Assembly (NCBI GenBank): GCA_963514005.1
Contig: OY740781.1
Span: 59,086,001-59,150,000, forward strand
Source of the DNA: Raja brachyura
Taxonomy: Eukaryota
Direction: 5' to 3'
DNA: 64,000 bases
A model generated the notes under the pieces. That model had not been told where the DNA came from. It saw nothing but the letters and a program-made list of their open reading frames with translations, and did not search any database. Made by a program: the position numbers and the translations under genes. The first letter of the stretch is position 1. Each line of letters begins with the position of its first letter. Of this stretch, positions 36,748 through 50,219 are shown piece by piece.

Positions 36748-38648
36748 AGCAAAATAACTGAAAAATTATGTAAGTTTTTTGCAGATTCTGCAATTGCATT
36801 TTCAATAAATTAGCTTGCAAGGCTAACTGTTTTTTACAACTTTTTTAGTTGCTTTATTGTTACATGTTTAATGGAAGACACCAATTCCAATTTTAATCAC
36901 CAATCTTTTAAAAACTCAAATATAAATATTTTGATTTTTTTTTCTGTTAGTATAGACAAAATATCTATTATAGTTTGAAGAAAAACATGTAATTAATTAC
37001 ATTCACTTAGATATGAAGAATAATGTTTGTCATATTCCTATCTTTTGACAACTTTTATTGTGAAACTATGTCCAGCGTGTGAACAATTAGCTGAGTTTCA
37101 AAATTCGACTTCGGCTAAAATGTTCCTTGATTAGTGCTGATAAGTTTGGCTTTGGTAAACCGCGCTGTTAGTATGACATGTTTGGTTATTAGTTATTTGG
37201 TGGTTTTTACATTAGTAGTCCTATTAACATGATTCCTTAAGGGCGGCAGATAGACTGAGAGGCGGGTGGGGGATTCCAAATGCAGAACTGCTGGTTTCTT
37301 GTGGAGTAACAAAGAACTGCAGATGCTGGTTTACAAACAAAAACACGAAGTGCTGAAGTAAATGGTGATTTGTTGTATTTTTCTATCTGCGGGTAAACAC
37401 ATCTGGGCCAAACATATAAGATAGGAGCAAGGTCTGCTATCTATCTGTCGCAATCGAGCTAACAAGACACTTCCCGTGACACGTAATACTTTTAAATAAA
37501 CAAAGGTACAGCAGCCCATTCTCCTTCCCACTATATATAGTTGCAGTGGGCAAATTAGAAATGCGCGCCCAGATCATTTACTTGATAAAGTTAAAGATTA
37601 ATATGAACTGGATTCGAACTATGCAATTCCCTAAAGAAGATTCGGTTATTTTGTTGTGAGCACGTGATTGTCATGGAATCAGTTACAAGAAAACGGCAGA
37701 GGCAAGGGCAACTCACATCCGTTCTCATCACTGCAGAATCTCCCAACTGGTTGGGGCCAATTGATTTTTATCTAGAGTCTGACAACTTCCTTTCCGAAAA
37801 AATAATCTTGCAAGTCATGATTTAAATTAAAAAAAAACATAATTACTCCACTCCTTTCTTAAACAAGTGCATACCTCGGATGATGGGTGTTTAATGATAA
37901 TTATTTAAATAACATAAATGTAATTTAATTGCAATAGAGTTCCTAAACGTCCATTAGAGTAACCACTATAAGTATTTGGTACTTCTTATTTACAGACGTT
38001 TTAATTTTGCCCATGTCAGTTCAAAATTGCATCCTCATTGCATCGCCCGCAGTACATAGATTTAATGGAATGCCATTCAGTATAGGTTCAATAGTCACAG
38101 ATTCTACCTGATTAGCCGTCAAAATGGACAGTTGCTGCCTCACAAACCATCCGGTCGACGTTTATCTTCTTGACCTTATTTGTCCATTTGGTTTGCTCCA
38201 TGCTGTATTTTCAATTCAAATTCACGGTTGAGATCCCATTAGATGTCAAATGCACCTTCTTTGCCCCGGTAGCTTAATTTACATCCAACCGTAATATGGA
38301 TGCTTTCCCACGGAAGGTGAGAACAACTGTTAAAAAATATATATCGCCACATTGAAAGCGAGCGAATGTCAAGAGCTTAAAAATATCACATTAAGACATG
38401 CGGGGGAATTAGAACCGCGTCCGATTGTCTTTCAAACTTTAGAGTGGTAAGATTCAAGGAGATTGTGCATTGCGAGCAACTGTAATGTATGTTCTGAAGT
38501 GAAATTTTCCTGAATTGGATGTGGGGCTGCATTATAGGCCACAAGCGAAATTTATTCAAGGGTTACCACTTAGCTTATAGAATTGTGGGAATCTGCTGCC
38601 CTTCATAATTGCGGCATTTCGGATAAATTTGATGCTCTTTCTCTTTTT

Positions 38649-38681
38649 GCGCGCGCGCACACACACGCACACACGTGCGTG
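38649..38681. repeat. Alternating purine-pyrimidine (GC/CA) microsatellite
   Basis: gcgcgcgcgcacacacacgcacacacgtgcgtg. Confidence 0.8.
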
Positions 38682-41264
38682 CCCACGAAAACATTATTAG
38701 CATTCTATCGTAAATTATTACACACTTATTGTGGCTTATTTTAATTGTGAGTTGAACGTTGCGGATGGAATTTATGTTTCTTCCGATGTTAATTGCGGAA
38801 TTTAATTGCAAGTGTTACATGTGGACATTTGGTAAATATAATTATGCACAATTTGATTTGTCAAGCGTTTGAAAAGCTGTCTCTTTAAGAGCGCGGCCAA
38901 TATTTGTTCACGTTCATGCTACCTGTGTAGACGGACCATTGATGCGGATTGTATTCGGAAATATGTTGACGTAGTTTCAGGAAGCGAACGATTTAAAAAA
39001 AAAGTTTGCTACCAAGTGCCAAGAACGTTTGGTTTAATGTCTATATTTATAATGGCCGATGCGAACTTGCCTGGATTCTTTCGGCGGAGGTTCCTGTTCT
39101 TGGCGTTGTTTGTCCTGATAGTGGAACAAGCCACTGAATGACATTGTTTGCGTTCAGGCGCCACAAAAACAAACTTTACAGCTCGATGTCCGAGCAGTTG
39201 ACGAACAATTCCTTTTCCCACTCATCCAAATACGAATCTTCCCAACCGGTGACTAAAAGCACACAGCAAAAAGCGATATTTTATATTCACAATGTCCCTC
39301 TATTAAATGCTACTAATTACTTCTTGCAGTTCGCCTGCATTAACCTATTTGCAACCCCATCTACCTTCGGCTGTGAACCGCAAATCGTATTCCTTTTGAA
39401 GACAGCCCCGTGCTAATGTGATCTCTACAATGTTTACTTAAAACGCATACCGAGCTATTTAATTTAACCGGAGAATGTATAATTATTCTACCACATACAA
39501 CTAAAACATAATTATGTGTTGAACATTTTAAGCACGGCTTCTGACAGATACTGACAGATATTCAAATGAGATATTTCTCTGTAGTAGCAAAGAGCAGTTT
39601 TTTTAAATGTGAGGGTAACATTGCTGTTGTTAATTTCTCAAAATATTAAAGCTTTGTTTTGAAAATATGGCTCTCTTTAAACGCTAACATGTATTTAATA
39701 TAACTTAACCTTCCGATCTGAGAAATTTGAAATAATCAATCATGTATGCAAATATATATACATCTTATACATGCGTAAGACATTACTTGTGCCCGCCTCA
39801 ATGTGTGTTTGGCAACTATTAACTTGGACTGGTGTTGATTTCCGAAAATCGTCCCTTTTTAATGCTGTGAAACTGCTAATTGTGTTTGTAGCCTTGGGGT
39901 TTTATATATATTTAAGAGATCTTACAGAAGCGAAAACAACATTTAAATCCGCCTAGTGACATATACCGCCTCAGGGGAGCAAACTGCGCCTCGGAAAAGG
40001 AAGATTTTTTTTTGTTACCATTATTAAGGCTCAGTGGAAATATACGTGGTGGGGAGGGGAGAGTGTTTGAGATAGTTGTGAGGAGAAGGGAGCGGGGTGG
40101 CGCTGATCACCGTTTGAAACAGGTTGGTGTATCTTTGAGCCTAATCAAAACAAGTTTGACTTGTGAGGTCTTCGCGTCTAGACAGAACTGGACTCTCGGC
40201 GGCTCCTTATCTGAGAACGGAATCAGTTCACAGAGTTTCTCAATGCCCAGAGCAAGGGGCTGGCATTCCGGGACAAAGGGACCCACAGCTCACATTGACA
40301 CAACTACCTACCAGACCCCGTCAGCGGCAGACTTTCGGAGCAAGGGAATATTGTTCACGTTGACAACATTTCGGTAATGTTTCGGCCAGTTGACATATTC
40401 ATGACCGCACAACGTGCATACCGAGAGTATCAACTATAATATCTTCCTCTCACTCCTGAAAAAAAAATCTGGGGAAAAGTTCACTGCACAATCTCAACTA
40501 TTATCGTGGCCTAGACGCACTCACGTACAGGAACGATGGCCATCGAATATGCTCCCGTTATTGCAGTGGCTTGAATACAGAGAGTGTCGGTATACAAATA
40601 AAATAAATGAGACGTCTACATTTGTGTACCATTGGCTTCAGTGCCTGTTAAACTACGAGTTTAAAATATTTTCGGTAATGCGTTCCACGTTAATTTGTTT
40701 CCTTTGACTAAAATCTGCACTGTCAGGGGCGTCACGACCCACGTTTTATTATCTATGCATTCCAGCTGCCTTAACTGTGGCAGCTGTTGTACATTTCTGA
40801 CTAAAACAATATCCAATACTGTACTGTGAAATAAGAGGTACCACAGGTCTATTTGAAGTTGGTATGTAGATGGAGGAACCGGGAAGGTCTGACCACATTA
40901 TTTTAATTGGCATGTCTACAATCCTGATTAACAGCAACGACACAATATACAGCAAATGCAAACTAGAATCCGTGCAGTCCCACCGAATGTATTTGTTGAA
41001 GGCCAGAATATTTTGTGGGTTTTCATATTAAAATTTAAACTGGGGACCATTTCTTAATTATGACGTTTGAAACTGAAAATGTCAAAATGTCTTCGTGAAA
41101 ATTATTTTGTGTTTTCTTTTTATCTCGAAAGGATCGCCTTGAACTCTATCGGCAGGGCCTACGGTGAAAAAAAAGGTGGCTTGTTGAAAAGGGCCATTTC
41201 AAACTGAAATATTTCAGTGTAACAAGGGACTAGGTGGCGTTTAAGGCAAAGGTCTTGCAATACG

Positions 41265-41372
41265 AGACACAAGGAACCGCAGATGCAGAAGGGTCCCGAT
41301 CCGAAACGTCGCCTATCCATGTCTTCCTGAGATGTTGGCCGACCCGCTGAGTTACTCCAGCACTTTGTGTTT
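41265..41372 (+). mobile_element. Short palindromic interspersed repeat (Penelope-end-like family)
   Basis: acacaaggaaccgcagatgc, then gaagggtcccgatccgaaacgtc..gacccgctgagttactccagcactttgtgt. Same family as 42781, 55085 and 59600. Confidence 0.6.
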
Positions 41373-42780
41373 TCTTGCAATACGAAACACCTTAGTTTTA
41401 AGTGTGAGCGATGTGGCAATATCAACTCGTTATAATATTAAATATGCATTGTCTTTGATGCAAGTAAATTGTAAGATTTGCATCAAATTACCTGAATGTC
41501 AACCATTGGGACAGGTGGTATTTTGCAAGCAGTATATAGCGTGCCTTCCTTTCATTAGGACGATTACTCAAACGTTGTAATTGCACGCAATCACAGTTCA
41601 TAGCAACCTATTAGTAGTTAGCCATAACATAGCCACTCTTGTGTGGTCGAGCCAGCTTTTTCCAAGTTATATAGATCATCATAGATGGCACATTATATGG
41701 TCATCTTTTGCTTATGAGTAACTATGGGCCTTACTGTTAGAAGAATGTCTCTACCATTCTTTGCCTGTTTGCAGCAGTGACCTGGATTTAAACCTGAATG
41801 CCTATCACAGCTATGTCGTCCAAATGCTCATGGAACCGTGGTTATTCCTAGCCCAAATGTGTTGGAATCACCTTGAATATCGTTTTCACACACTGACTCC
41901 CTGTTGGGCTACCTGCGTTGATTTTGATCTGTCAGAAATACCGTTCTAGGAAACAGTGTGGAACCAAAGAGCATAACCAGGCACGAAGGGACACCGATTC
42001 TCGAAGTTATTAATATCATAGTCCGCAACGCAATTGTACGTATTATATTACTGAAGTTCCCAGGGGTGAAATGGGACTATCCTTTCCTCAGTAATGGCAA
42101 AATCAGGAAGTAAATTCACACATTGTAAACTAAAGTAAAACTTACCCCACTCTGACTATGAGTCGATCTTTCTGTGCGAGAAATTAAAAATGAAAATCCG
42201 CGGTAAATATATTCTCTTGCAAATTTGTTTATTTTAATCATGCGATTTGTCAACATAAAATGACAATCGTTTTAACACGCAGACATGGCCGTGGGAACTT
42301 TTCGGAAAGAAAGTCGTTTCTAAATGTCTTCGGGCAGCAAGAAACGTTTCACAAAGTGGTTTTCCTCCATCACCACTCCCAAATCTCCCTTGGAAATGGT
42401 AAATGCTATATCTGTAACTTTCTTCTTCATCAATTGTTAATTGTCAATCGATAATTGTCCTCGCATGGAGTGTTCAATTATGTGATATCGTCAACTGCAA
42501 GAATCAAAGACTTAAAGCATCTCGCCAAATTGTAAATGCATAAAATGGAAACGGTGCACCGTTTGTAACAATAGCAAAAGATGTGGGCGCAGGTGCCCGT
42601 CAGCAAAGTCTCCAGGTGTATAGGAAATGTTTACCAATCCGCCTCAAATCCACTTCCCATGCGGTTATCTCATTCCCTTCCAAAAATATAAACCCAGGCA
42701 ATTTCTCCTCGTGGTTTTTTTGTTACTGGCGAGTCAGACTTTTTGTTGGGTATTGCTGAAACGTATTTGTTTTAGTATAG

Positions 42781-42878
42781 AGTCTGAAGAAGGATCTCGA
42801 CCCGAAACGTCACCTATTTCTTTTCTCCAGAGATGCACTCTGACCCGCCGAGTTACTGCAGCTTTATGTGTCTATCTT
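42781..42878 (+). mobile_element. Short interspersed repeat with a minimal hammerhead-like core
   Basis: agtCTGAAGAaggatctcgacccGAAAcGTCacc..tctccagagatgc..gagttactgcagc. Confidence 0.65.
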
Positions 42879-44329
42879 TTGTTTTAGTATATACTTTTAA
42901 ATATAACAGTGGAACAAAATCTTTAAACCATAAGATAATTAGGCGATGATCCATTTGAATGTCTTATTGTGAAATGTGCAGAGCAACAGTACCATAGGTT
43001 AAAACAAAATAAGCAAAATAGGGACTTCATCAACGGGGATACTTAAATTAAATGCAACACAGCAAGTAAATAAAAAACCATCACAAGTCAGTTGCTGCGG
43101 TTCAAAGCAGAGCTTCTTAAGGGTACAAAGCAATGAATTATTCTGTTTTATCACAGAAACATGCCTCCACCATCAGCGCTATTTTTATATAATTTAATGA
43201 TAGCGCCTCTCACATTAAACTTAGAACTGCATGTGTAATACAAACTCCCTTTCTGAATTACATTACCCAAGGAGGCAATGCCAGCTGAGAAATATCAAAT
43301 AAGGACGCCGCATGTTGGCGATACCAACTCCGTCTCATAGGTAGTTCAGGAAAGGACAACCAAAGGTTTCATCTTTGAGGGTCAAGGCAACGGTCCGAGG
43401 CGGTGAAGAATATCGACTCCATATCTCAGCTGCTATGTTACTGAATTTTGAGCACATAATATTTTGGTTTGTTGTACATGATGTACTCCAACCTTAATAA
43501 CAAAGTCGATCCGATTCTGTTATTTCATTTACGAGGCATTTCATATAATCCGTAGTTTCTCCTATACTAGTTAACACACGATCGGACGTTGTGTCCTCGG
43601 TTCATAGAACAAACGGGAAGCGTTTGAATATGGTCTCCTTATTTCAATCACACGGTATTCGTGGTGCCATATTACATTTCAGCAGTACGCTAGAAAAATG
43701 GCAGTGGAATTATGTCGCAAAGTAACCAAAGCCATTAAGATGACATTGACCCAGCCTGGAACAGTAATAGACCTTCCTCAGCATGTTGTTTAGAAAAATA
43801 ATTGAAGACGTTTAAGAGCAGAGCATGCTTGTTTTTTTTTTTGCTGTACTGTCATCCGGAGAGTTGAACAATTACTTTGGAGGATGACTTTAGTCCCATT
43901 GGATCAGCATTCACAAGCTGTCATTACATTCTTCATACTAGTATAAATTGGTAAGATAATTCTTATCACTAGAAGGATATCAGTAAACAATGAAGACGCA
44001 TTGCATCAACTTGCTATGTCAAATTATACTGAAAACCCAAAATGATAATTAATCGAGCTACAATATTCGGTACTTTTATTTATTTGCATATAGAAAACAG
44101 GTAGACGTTGTTTCGGAAATTCAATTTGCTTCTATAAAAGGTATACATTTGAAGTTGCTTCACTTAAATTACTGACAGTGTTCAATTGCATTTTTTTTCC
44201 TTATGATTATACTAATAGAGCAAGAATTTCCAACAAAATATTATTAGTTTCCATGTTTTCCTCAGTGTTTATGTTCATGAATCATCTGGATCATGCTATC
44301 ACAATTAATTATTGAGGAATTTGTTTACA

Positions 44330-44772
44330 AGAGTGATCCCAGAATGAGAGGGTTAACATATGATGAGCGTTTGATGGTACAGGGCTTCTACTTGATGGAG
44401 TTTAGAAGGATGAGGGGTCCTAATTGAAACTTATCAAAGAGTGAAAGGCCTGGATAGGGTGGATGTGGAGAGGATGTTTCCATTACTGGCAGAGTCTAGG
44501 TCCAGAGGTCATTGCCTCAGAATTAAAGGATGTTCTTTTCGTAAGGAGAAGGGGAGGAATTTCTTTAGTCAGAGGGTGGTAAATCTGTGGAATGCTTTGC
44601 CACAATGTCAATGGATATGTTCAAGGCAGAGATGGACAGATCTTTTATTTGTATGGGTGTCAGGGATATGGGGAGAAGGCAGGAGATGGGGTTAGGAGGG
44701 AGAGACGATAAAATGGCAGCGTAGACTTGTTGGGCTGAATGGCCTAATTCTGCTTCTATCACTTATGAACTT
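44330..44772 (+). mobile_element. CR1 LINE 3' end
   Basis: MKGLDRVDVERMFPL..SRSRGHCLRIKG..FFSQRVVNLWNALPQ, then the tail gggctgaatggcctaattctgct. Confidence 0.85.
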
Positions 44773-45794
44773 CATTAATGTCCATGAGAAATGAAAGAGT
44801 ACTATCATCAATTGCATAATACAACAACTAACATCATTCTTTAATTTGGCACTTCTATTTTTTTGATGACTATCTAATTTTAATTACCTTATCTCTTGTG
44901 AGTTTCTATTGGAGTCTCTTGAATCTCATTCTCTTTGGTCAACGATCACATATATCTGCATCCAGTAAGCCCTGATAAGGGGTAGAAGCACAAATAAAAG
45001 ATTGGGACATGTGAGTACAGGCCACCTAAGGCTGAACTCAATTGTAAAAATGTTTATATTGTCTTGGAGATTCACTCCGTAAACTAAAGATTAAGGAGCT
45101 GTTAGCTTAAATGTTTAAGTTTAGCACATGTATGTTAAGAAAAAGGCATGTTTGCATCCTTAGATGGTAATTAGGTCACTAATAGTGCTCAACTGACACT
45201 TGTTGATTTGTACAAGACACCTCTAGAATCCAATGACCTAAAAAAATATTTCTACAGCACATATCAATTTACTGCTATTGCATTTTTGAGAAAAGAGAGC
45301 TTAGAAAGACATCCACTGACATAGAAATAATAGGTATGATCCAGATGAATCATTAACAAAAACAGAGATAAATATGGAAATGAACAATATGTTGTTATAA
45401 TGCCCTGCTTTGTTGATGTAGTAATGAGAATAAAAACAATTCAATTGTGCAAAGTAAGTTATTTAAGTGATGTTACTATGAGCGTACACCTTGTAGAAGA
45501 AAATTGTAATCTTAAATCAATCATTCATTCATTCCTATCGAGGGAAAAGCAAATAAAGTGTAATTTACTATTATGATACACCTCCCCCTTGATTGCTCTG
45601 CTCAGTCTGGTCCAAAGTATTGGATTTAAATAACAAATTTTTATCTTTTCCTGTAGTCTTCTCCTATCCTCACCAGAACCCATGTTTCCACAAGTACCGC
45701 CAGGATTCCAGTTACCCAGACTAAATAGCCATTCTTTTGATGCAATCATAGAATATTAGAAAATTACAATTTCTCTCAGCTGACATCTGAACTT

Positions 45795-47030
45795 CAAGAC
45801 AACAATGAAGAATGTTTTATTGTCATATGTCCCAGATAGAACAATGAAATTCTTACTTGCTGCCACGCAAGAGAATATGTAATCATAATAAATAATATAA
45901 CAAAAAATCAGAAAAAAAGAACAAACAATAACAGTGCAATAATAATAATTGACAATAGGTGCAGGATTAGGCCACATGGTCCTTCAAGCCAGCATGGCCA
46001 TTCAATATGATCATGGCTGATCATTCACAATCAGTACCCCTTTCCTGCCTTCTCCCCATATCCCCTGACTCTGCTATCTTCAAGAGCCCTATCTGGCTCT
46101 CTCTTGAATGTTTCCAGAGAACTGGCCTCCACTGCCCTCTGAGGCAGAAAATTCCACAGACTCACAACTCTCTGTGTGAAAAAGTGTTTCCTCATTTCAG
46201 TTCTAAATGGCTTACCCCTTATTCTTAAACTGTGGCCCCTGGTTCTGGACTCCCCCCAATATCGGGAACATGTTTCCTGCCTCTAGTGTGTCTAAACCCT
46301 TAATAATCTTATATGTTTCAATAAGATACCCTCTCATCCTTCTAAACTCAGCCGCTCCATTCTCTTAGCATATGACAGTCCCACCATCCCGGGAATTAAT
46401 CTTGTAAACCTACATTGCGCTCTCTCAATAGCAAGAATGTCCTTCCTCAAATATGGAGACCAAAACTGCACACAATACTCCAGGTGTGGTCTCACTAGGG
46501 CTCTGTACAACTGCAGAAGGACCTCTTTGCTCCTACACTCAACTCCTCTAGTTATGAAGGCCAGCATGCCATTCGCTTTCTTCACTACCGGCTGTACCTG
46601 CATTGTCTGATGAACTAGAACCCCCAGATTATTAGACTAATAATAATAGTCTATTGTAGTTCATAGCTTATGAAGTTGTAGTGTTTAATAGCCTGATAGC
46701 TGTAGGGAAGAAGCTGTTCCTGAAACTGGACATTACAGTTCTCCGGCTCCAGTACCTTCTTTCCAATGGCAGTGGTGAAATGAGTGTGTGGCCAGTATGT
46801 TGTGGGTCTTTGATGATGTTGGTTGCCATTTTGAGGCAGTGACCATGATAGATTCCTTTGATGGTGCGGAGGTAGGAGCCGGTGATGGCCTGGGCAGTGT
46901 TTACAACTACAGTTTTTGCAGTCTTTTCCAATCCTGGACGTTCAAGTTGCTGAACCAGGCCACGATGCAACCAGTCAGTATGCTCTCTACTGTACACATG
47001 TAGAAGTTCAAGAGAATCCCCTTGAGTAAC
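45795..47030 (-). mobile_element. Rex/Babar-like LINE 3' end, interrupted by a CR1 (45945-46630)
   Basis: Minus peptides VESILTGCIVAWF..RLQK and NIIKDPQHTGHTLISPLPLERRYWSRRTVMSSFRNSFFPTAIRLLN. The 3' tail (tttattgtcatatgtccc..acaatgaaattctt) lies at 45795-45945. Confidence 0.75.
45945..46630 (-). mobile_element. CR1 LINE 3' end
   Basis: MQVQPVVKKANGMLAFITRGVECRSKEVLLQLYRALVRPHLEYCVQFWSP plus the CR1 tail. Confidence 0.88.
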
Positions 47031-47493
47031 TGGACAGTGATCAAAAGCAAGAGTACTGGGTGACATCCATTCCTGTGATGTTTTGCCACTCATGGTGTAG
47101 GAACATTCAGGTAAATGTGTACAGCCAGTGTCTCAAGTGAGTGCGTCCAGGGTAGAACATGAAACAAAGTCTGGACGTGTACCACATTGTGACATATTTA
47201 TTAATTCAAACGCTTATTCTTCAAACACTTCAAACACATTTTCACTCAAAACCAGGCACAATTATAACCAACTTTCGCTCATACACTTAATGCAAAAGTA
47301 TTCTTTCACTAGGATTATCAAATATGTAAAAATACTTCATAATATACATTAGTTTATGTTTACAACATGTTTGGCACACACATTGTTCCTATACCAGAGT
47401 TCTATTTTCTATAACATTTTGCTTGTATAACACTCAAACGAAACACTTTAATATTTATTTTATAAATACACTTAATCACTTCCAATGAATGGT

Positions 47494-48882
47494 CATAAGA
47501 TCATAAGATATAGGAGCAGAATTAGGAATTTTGGCCCGTTGAGTCACTCTGCCATTCGATCATGGCGGATCTATCTTTCCCTCTTAACTCCGGTCTCTTG
47601 CTTTCTCCAAGTAACCTATGATGCCCTTACAAATCAACATGGGCGGAAATGCTGGGGGCAGGAGACACACGCACCCCCATCCCCCCCCCCCCCCCCCCCG
47701 TTTTGAGAGGTGGGGGACCATCCCCCACATTTTTTGTAATTTTAAATTTTAAAATCCGGTAAAATCTCTGCTTTCCGTGAGACAGTGAGGGTGGGACTGA
47801 TGATCGAGAGCGCCGATTGGACGAGAGAGATGTCGGTCAGCAGGCAATGGGGAGGGGGGACCATGATGATTCAGCGCGATGATTGGAGGAGGGAAGTGTC
47901 GGCCAAAGGCGGAAGTAGGGGGTGGGACTGAAGATAGAGCGAGGTGGTTGGAGGAGGGAGACATCTGTGGAGCAAAGACCATGGAACGGAGCTTGAATTG
48001 CTTGCCCAGGTCATAGGATCGCAAGCAAAAAACACTCTCGGCAGCCCTGGACACAGACCTGTGCCTCATCCACAGCCAGGATTGATCCCAGGTCTCCGGC
48101 GTTGCAATTGCTGCTGAACCGCCACTATACCATCCCCGTCCCCACCCGAGTGCCCCGCCCCTCATGCCCAGNNNNNNNNNNNNNNNNNNNNNNNNNNNNN
48201 NNNNNNNNNNNNNNNNNNNNNNNNNNNNNNNNNNNNNNNNNNNNNNNNNNNNNNNNNNNNNNNNNNNNNNNNNNNNNNNNNNNNNNNNNNNNNNNNNNNN
48301 NNNTGGGCCCTGTGGACAGTAATTACGGGAACATTGAACCAGGCTTACGGCAAGCGTGGAGAAGCAGTGCTAATTCCAGCTCAACTCTGCCTGTCTCGCC
48401 GGGTTAACCTACAGCCCTGCCTGGACTGTCGGGGCACCAGTCCAGAGCCGTGGAGCTAGCAGCCAGCTTTTCTGCGCTGGCTGTAAACCTGGGNNNNNNN
48501 NNNNNNNNNNNNNNNNNNNNNNNNNNNNNNNNNNNNNNNNNNNNNNNNNNNNNNNNNNNNNNNNNNNNNNNNNNNNNNNNNNNNNNNNNNNNNNNNNNNN
48601 NNNNNNNNNNNNNNNNNNNNNNNNNNNNNNNNNNNNNNNNNNNNNNNNNCCCGGTCCCCCCATGTTTTGATAGCAATTTCCATGCCTGCAAATCAAGAAC
48701 TTTTAAAAATACCGCTTTAAAAATACCCATAGCCGTCTATGGCAATGAATTCTAACGACCCATCACCCTCTGGCTAAAGAAATTCCTCCACATCTTTATT
48801 CAAAGGGTACATCATTTAATTCTACTGTATGCCGTCTAGAAACAACCTCTCCACATCCACTCTGTCTAGGCCTTTCATTATC
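47494..48882 (-). mobile_element. CR1 3'-end remnant split by a hAT element
   Basis: cataagatcataagatataggagcagaattagg tail at the left. The sequence resumes after 48696 (ggcaatgaattc..caccctctggctaaagaaattcctc). Confidence 0.65.
47638..48688. mobile_element. Non-autonomous hAT-type DNA transposon (contains N gaps at 48172-48303 and 48494-48649)
   Basis: Exact 8-bp TSD caaatcaa (47630-47637 and 48689-48696). Imperfect TIRs catgggcggaaat / atttccatgcctg. Confidence 0.8.
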
Positions 48883-48884
48883 GA

Positions 48885-49335
48885 ATATTCAAGATTCAAG
48901 AGAGTTTATTGTCACGTGTCCCAAATCGGACAATGAAATTCTTGCTTTGCTTCAGCACAACAGAATATAGAAGGCATGAGTACAGAACAGATCAGTGTGT
49001 CCATATACCATTATATAAATATATACACACATGAATAAATATACAGATAAAGGGCAAATAAACAGATAATGGTCTATTAATGTTCAGAGTTTTGTTTGAG
49101 TTGAGTTTAATAGCCTGATGGCTGTGGGGAAGTGGCTATTCCTGAACCTGGACATTGCAGTCTTCAGGCTCCTGTACCTTCTACCTGAAGGTAGCGGGGT
49201 AGATGAGTATGTGGCCAGGATGGTGTTGGTCCTTGATGATGCTGCCAGCCTTTTTGAGGCAGCGACTGCAATAGATCCCCTCGATGGTAGGGAGGTGAGA
49301 GCCGAGGATGGACTGGGCAGTGTATCACAATTTTA
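48885..49335 (-). mobile_element. Rex/Babar-like LINE 3' end
   Basis: Same family as 46680-46900 (gtttaatagcctgatggctgtggggaag..cctgtaccttct), with tail attcaagattcaagagagtttattgtca. Confidence 0.75.
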
Positions 49336-50219
49336 TTGGAGTTAGATTAATGGACAAATAATTTGTAAATCAGAGACATACATTCAAATCATTCCACGAC
49401 AGCAAATAAATTTAAATTCAGTCAAGTATTAAAGAAAATCAGGAATAAAAAACTAACACGAGTGATAATGACAACATTTACCTATGTCCTTTATGGAAGG
49501 AAATTTGCCACCTTGACCTTGACTGGTCCACATTATACTGCATAACTGTGATTTCAGACCAAAAACCATTTAATTAATTTTTAATATTCCTCTGAAACAA
49601 TTCAGCAGGTCGGTCAATTATAATACAACACAGTAAGAAAAATACTTGGGGAAACAACCTGTTTAAACCTGAGGCACTGGATCTGAACACAGCAAAGACA
49701 CAGCTATCATAATCCACTCTGTAAAGTTCTCCTTATGACCACCTTGGAGCAATTGCTTAACATGTGAATACCATCCTTTGAGCAGACAAGTCACAGTTGG
49801 GATAATTATAGAATCGTACTTTGTAACCTGTCCAATTTTCCTTCTGCAAGAAATAATCACAGGCTGTACAGCACAAAAAAAGGTCCTTCAGTCCAATTTC
49901 ATATTGACCATGTTGGCAGATAGGACTTGTCCCAATTGCCCCATGTCCCTCAATTCCCTTCCCATCTGTACATCTCTCCAAAAGTCTTTTGGGAGTGTTA
50001 ATTATATTTATTTCAGTTTGAAGAAGGGTCCCGGCAATCTGAAGAAAGGTCACGTCCTGAAACAGCACCTGTTCATATTCTCCAGGGATGCTGCCTGAAC
50101 CGTTGAGTTACTCCAGCACTTTCCTGTTTCTTTCTTGCTACTCCAGCACTTTCCTGTTTCTTCCTTGGTAAACCAGCATCTGCAGTTCCTTGTTTTTACA
50201 AAAGGTGCACTGTGGTTTT

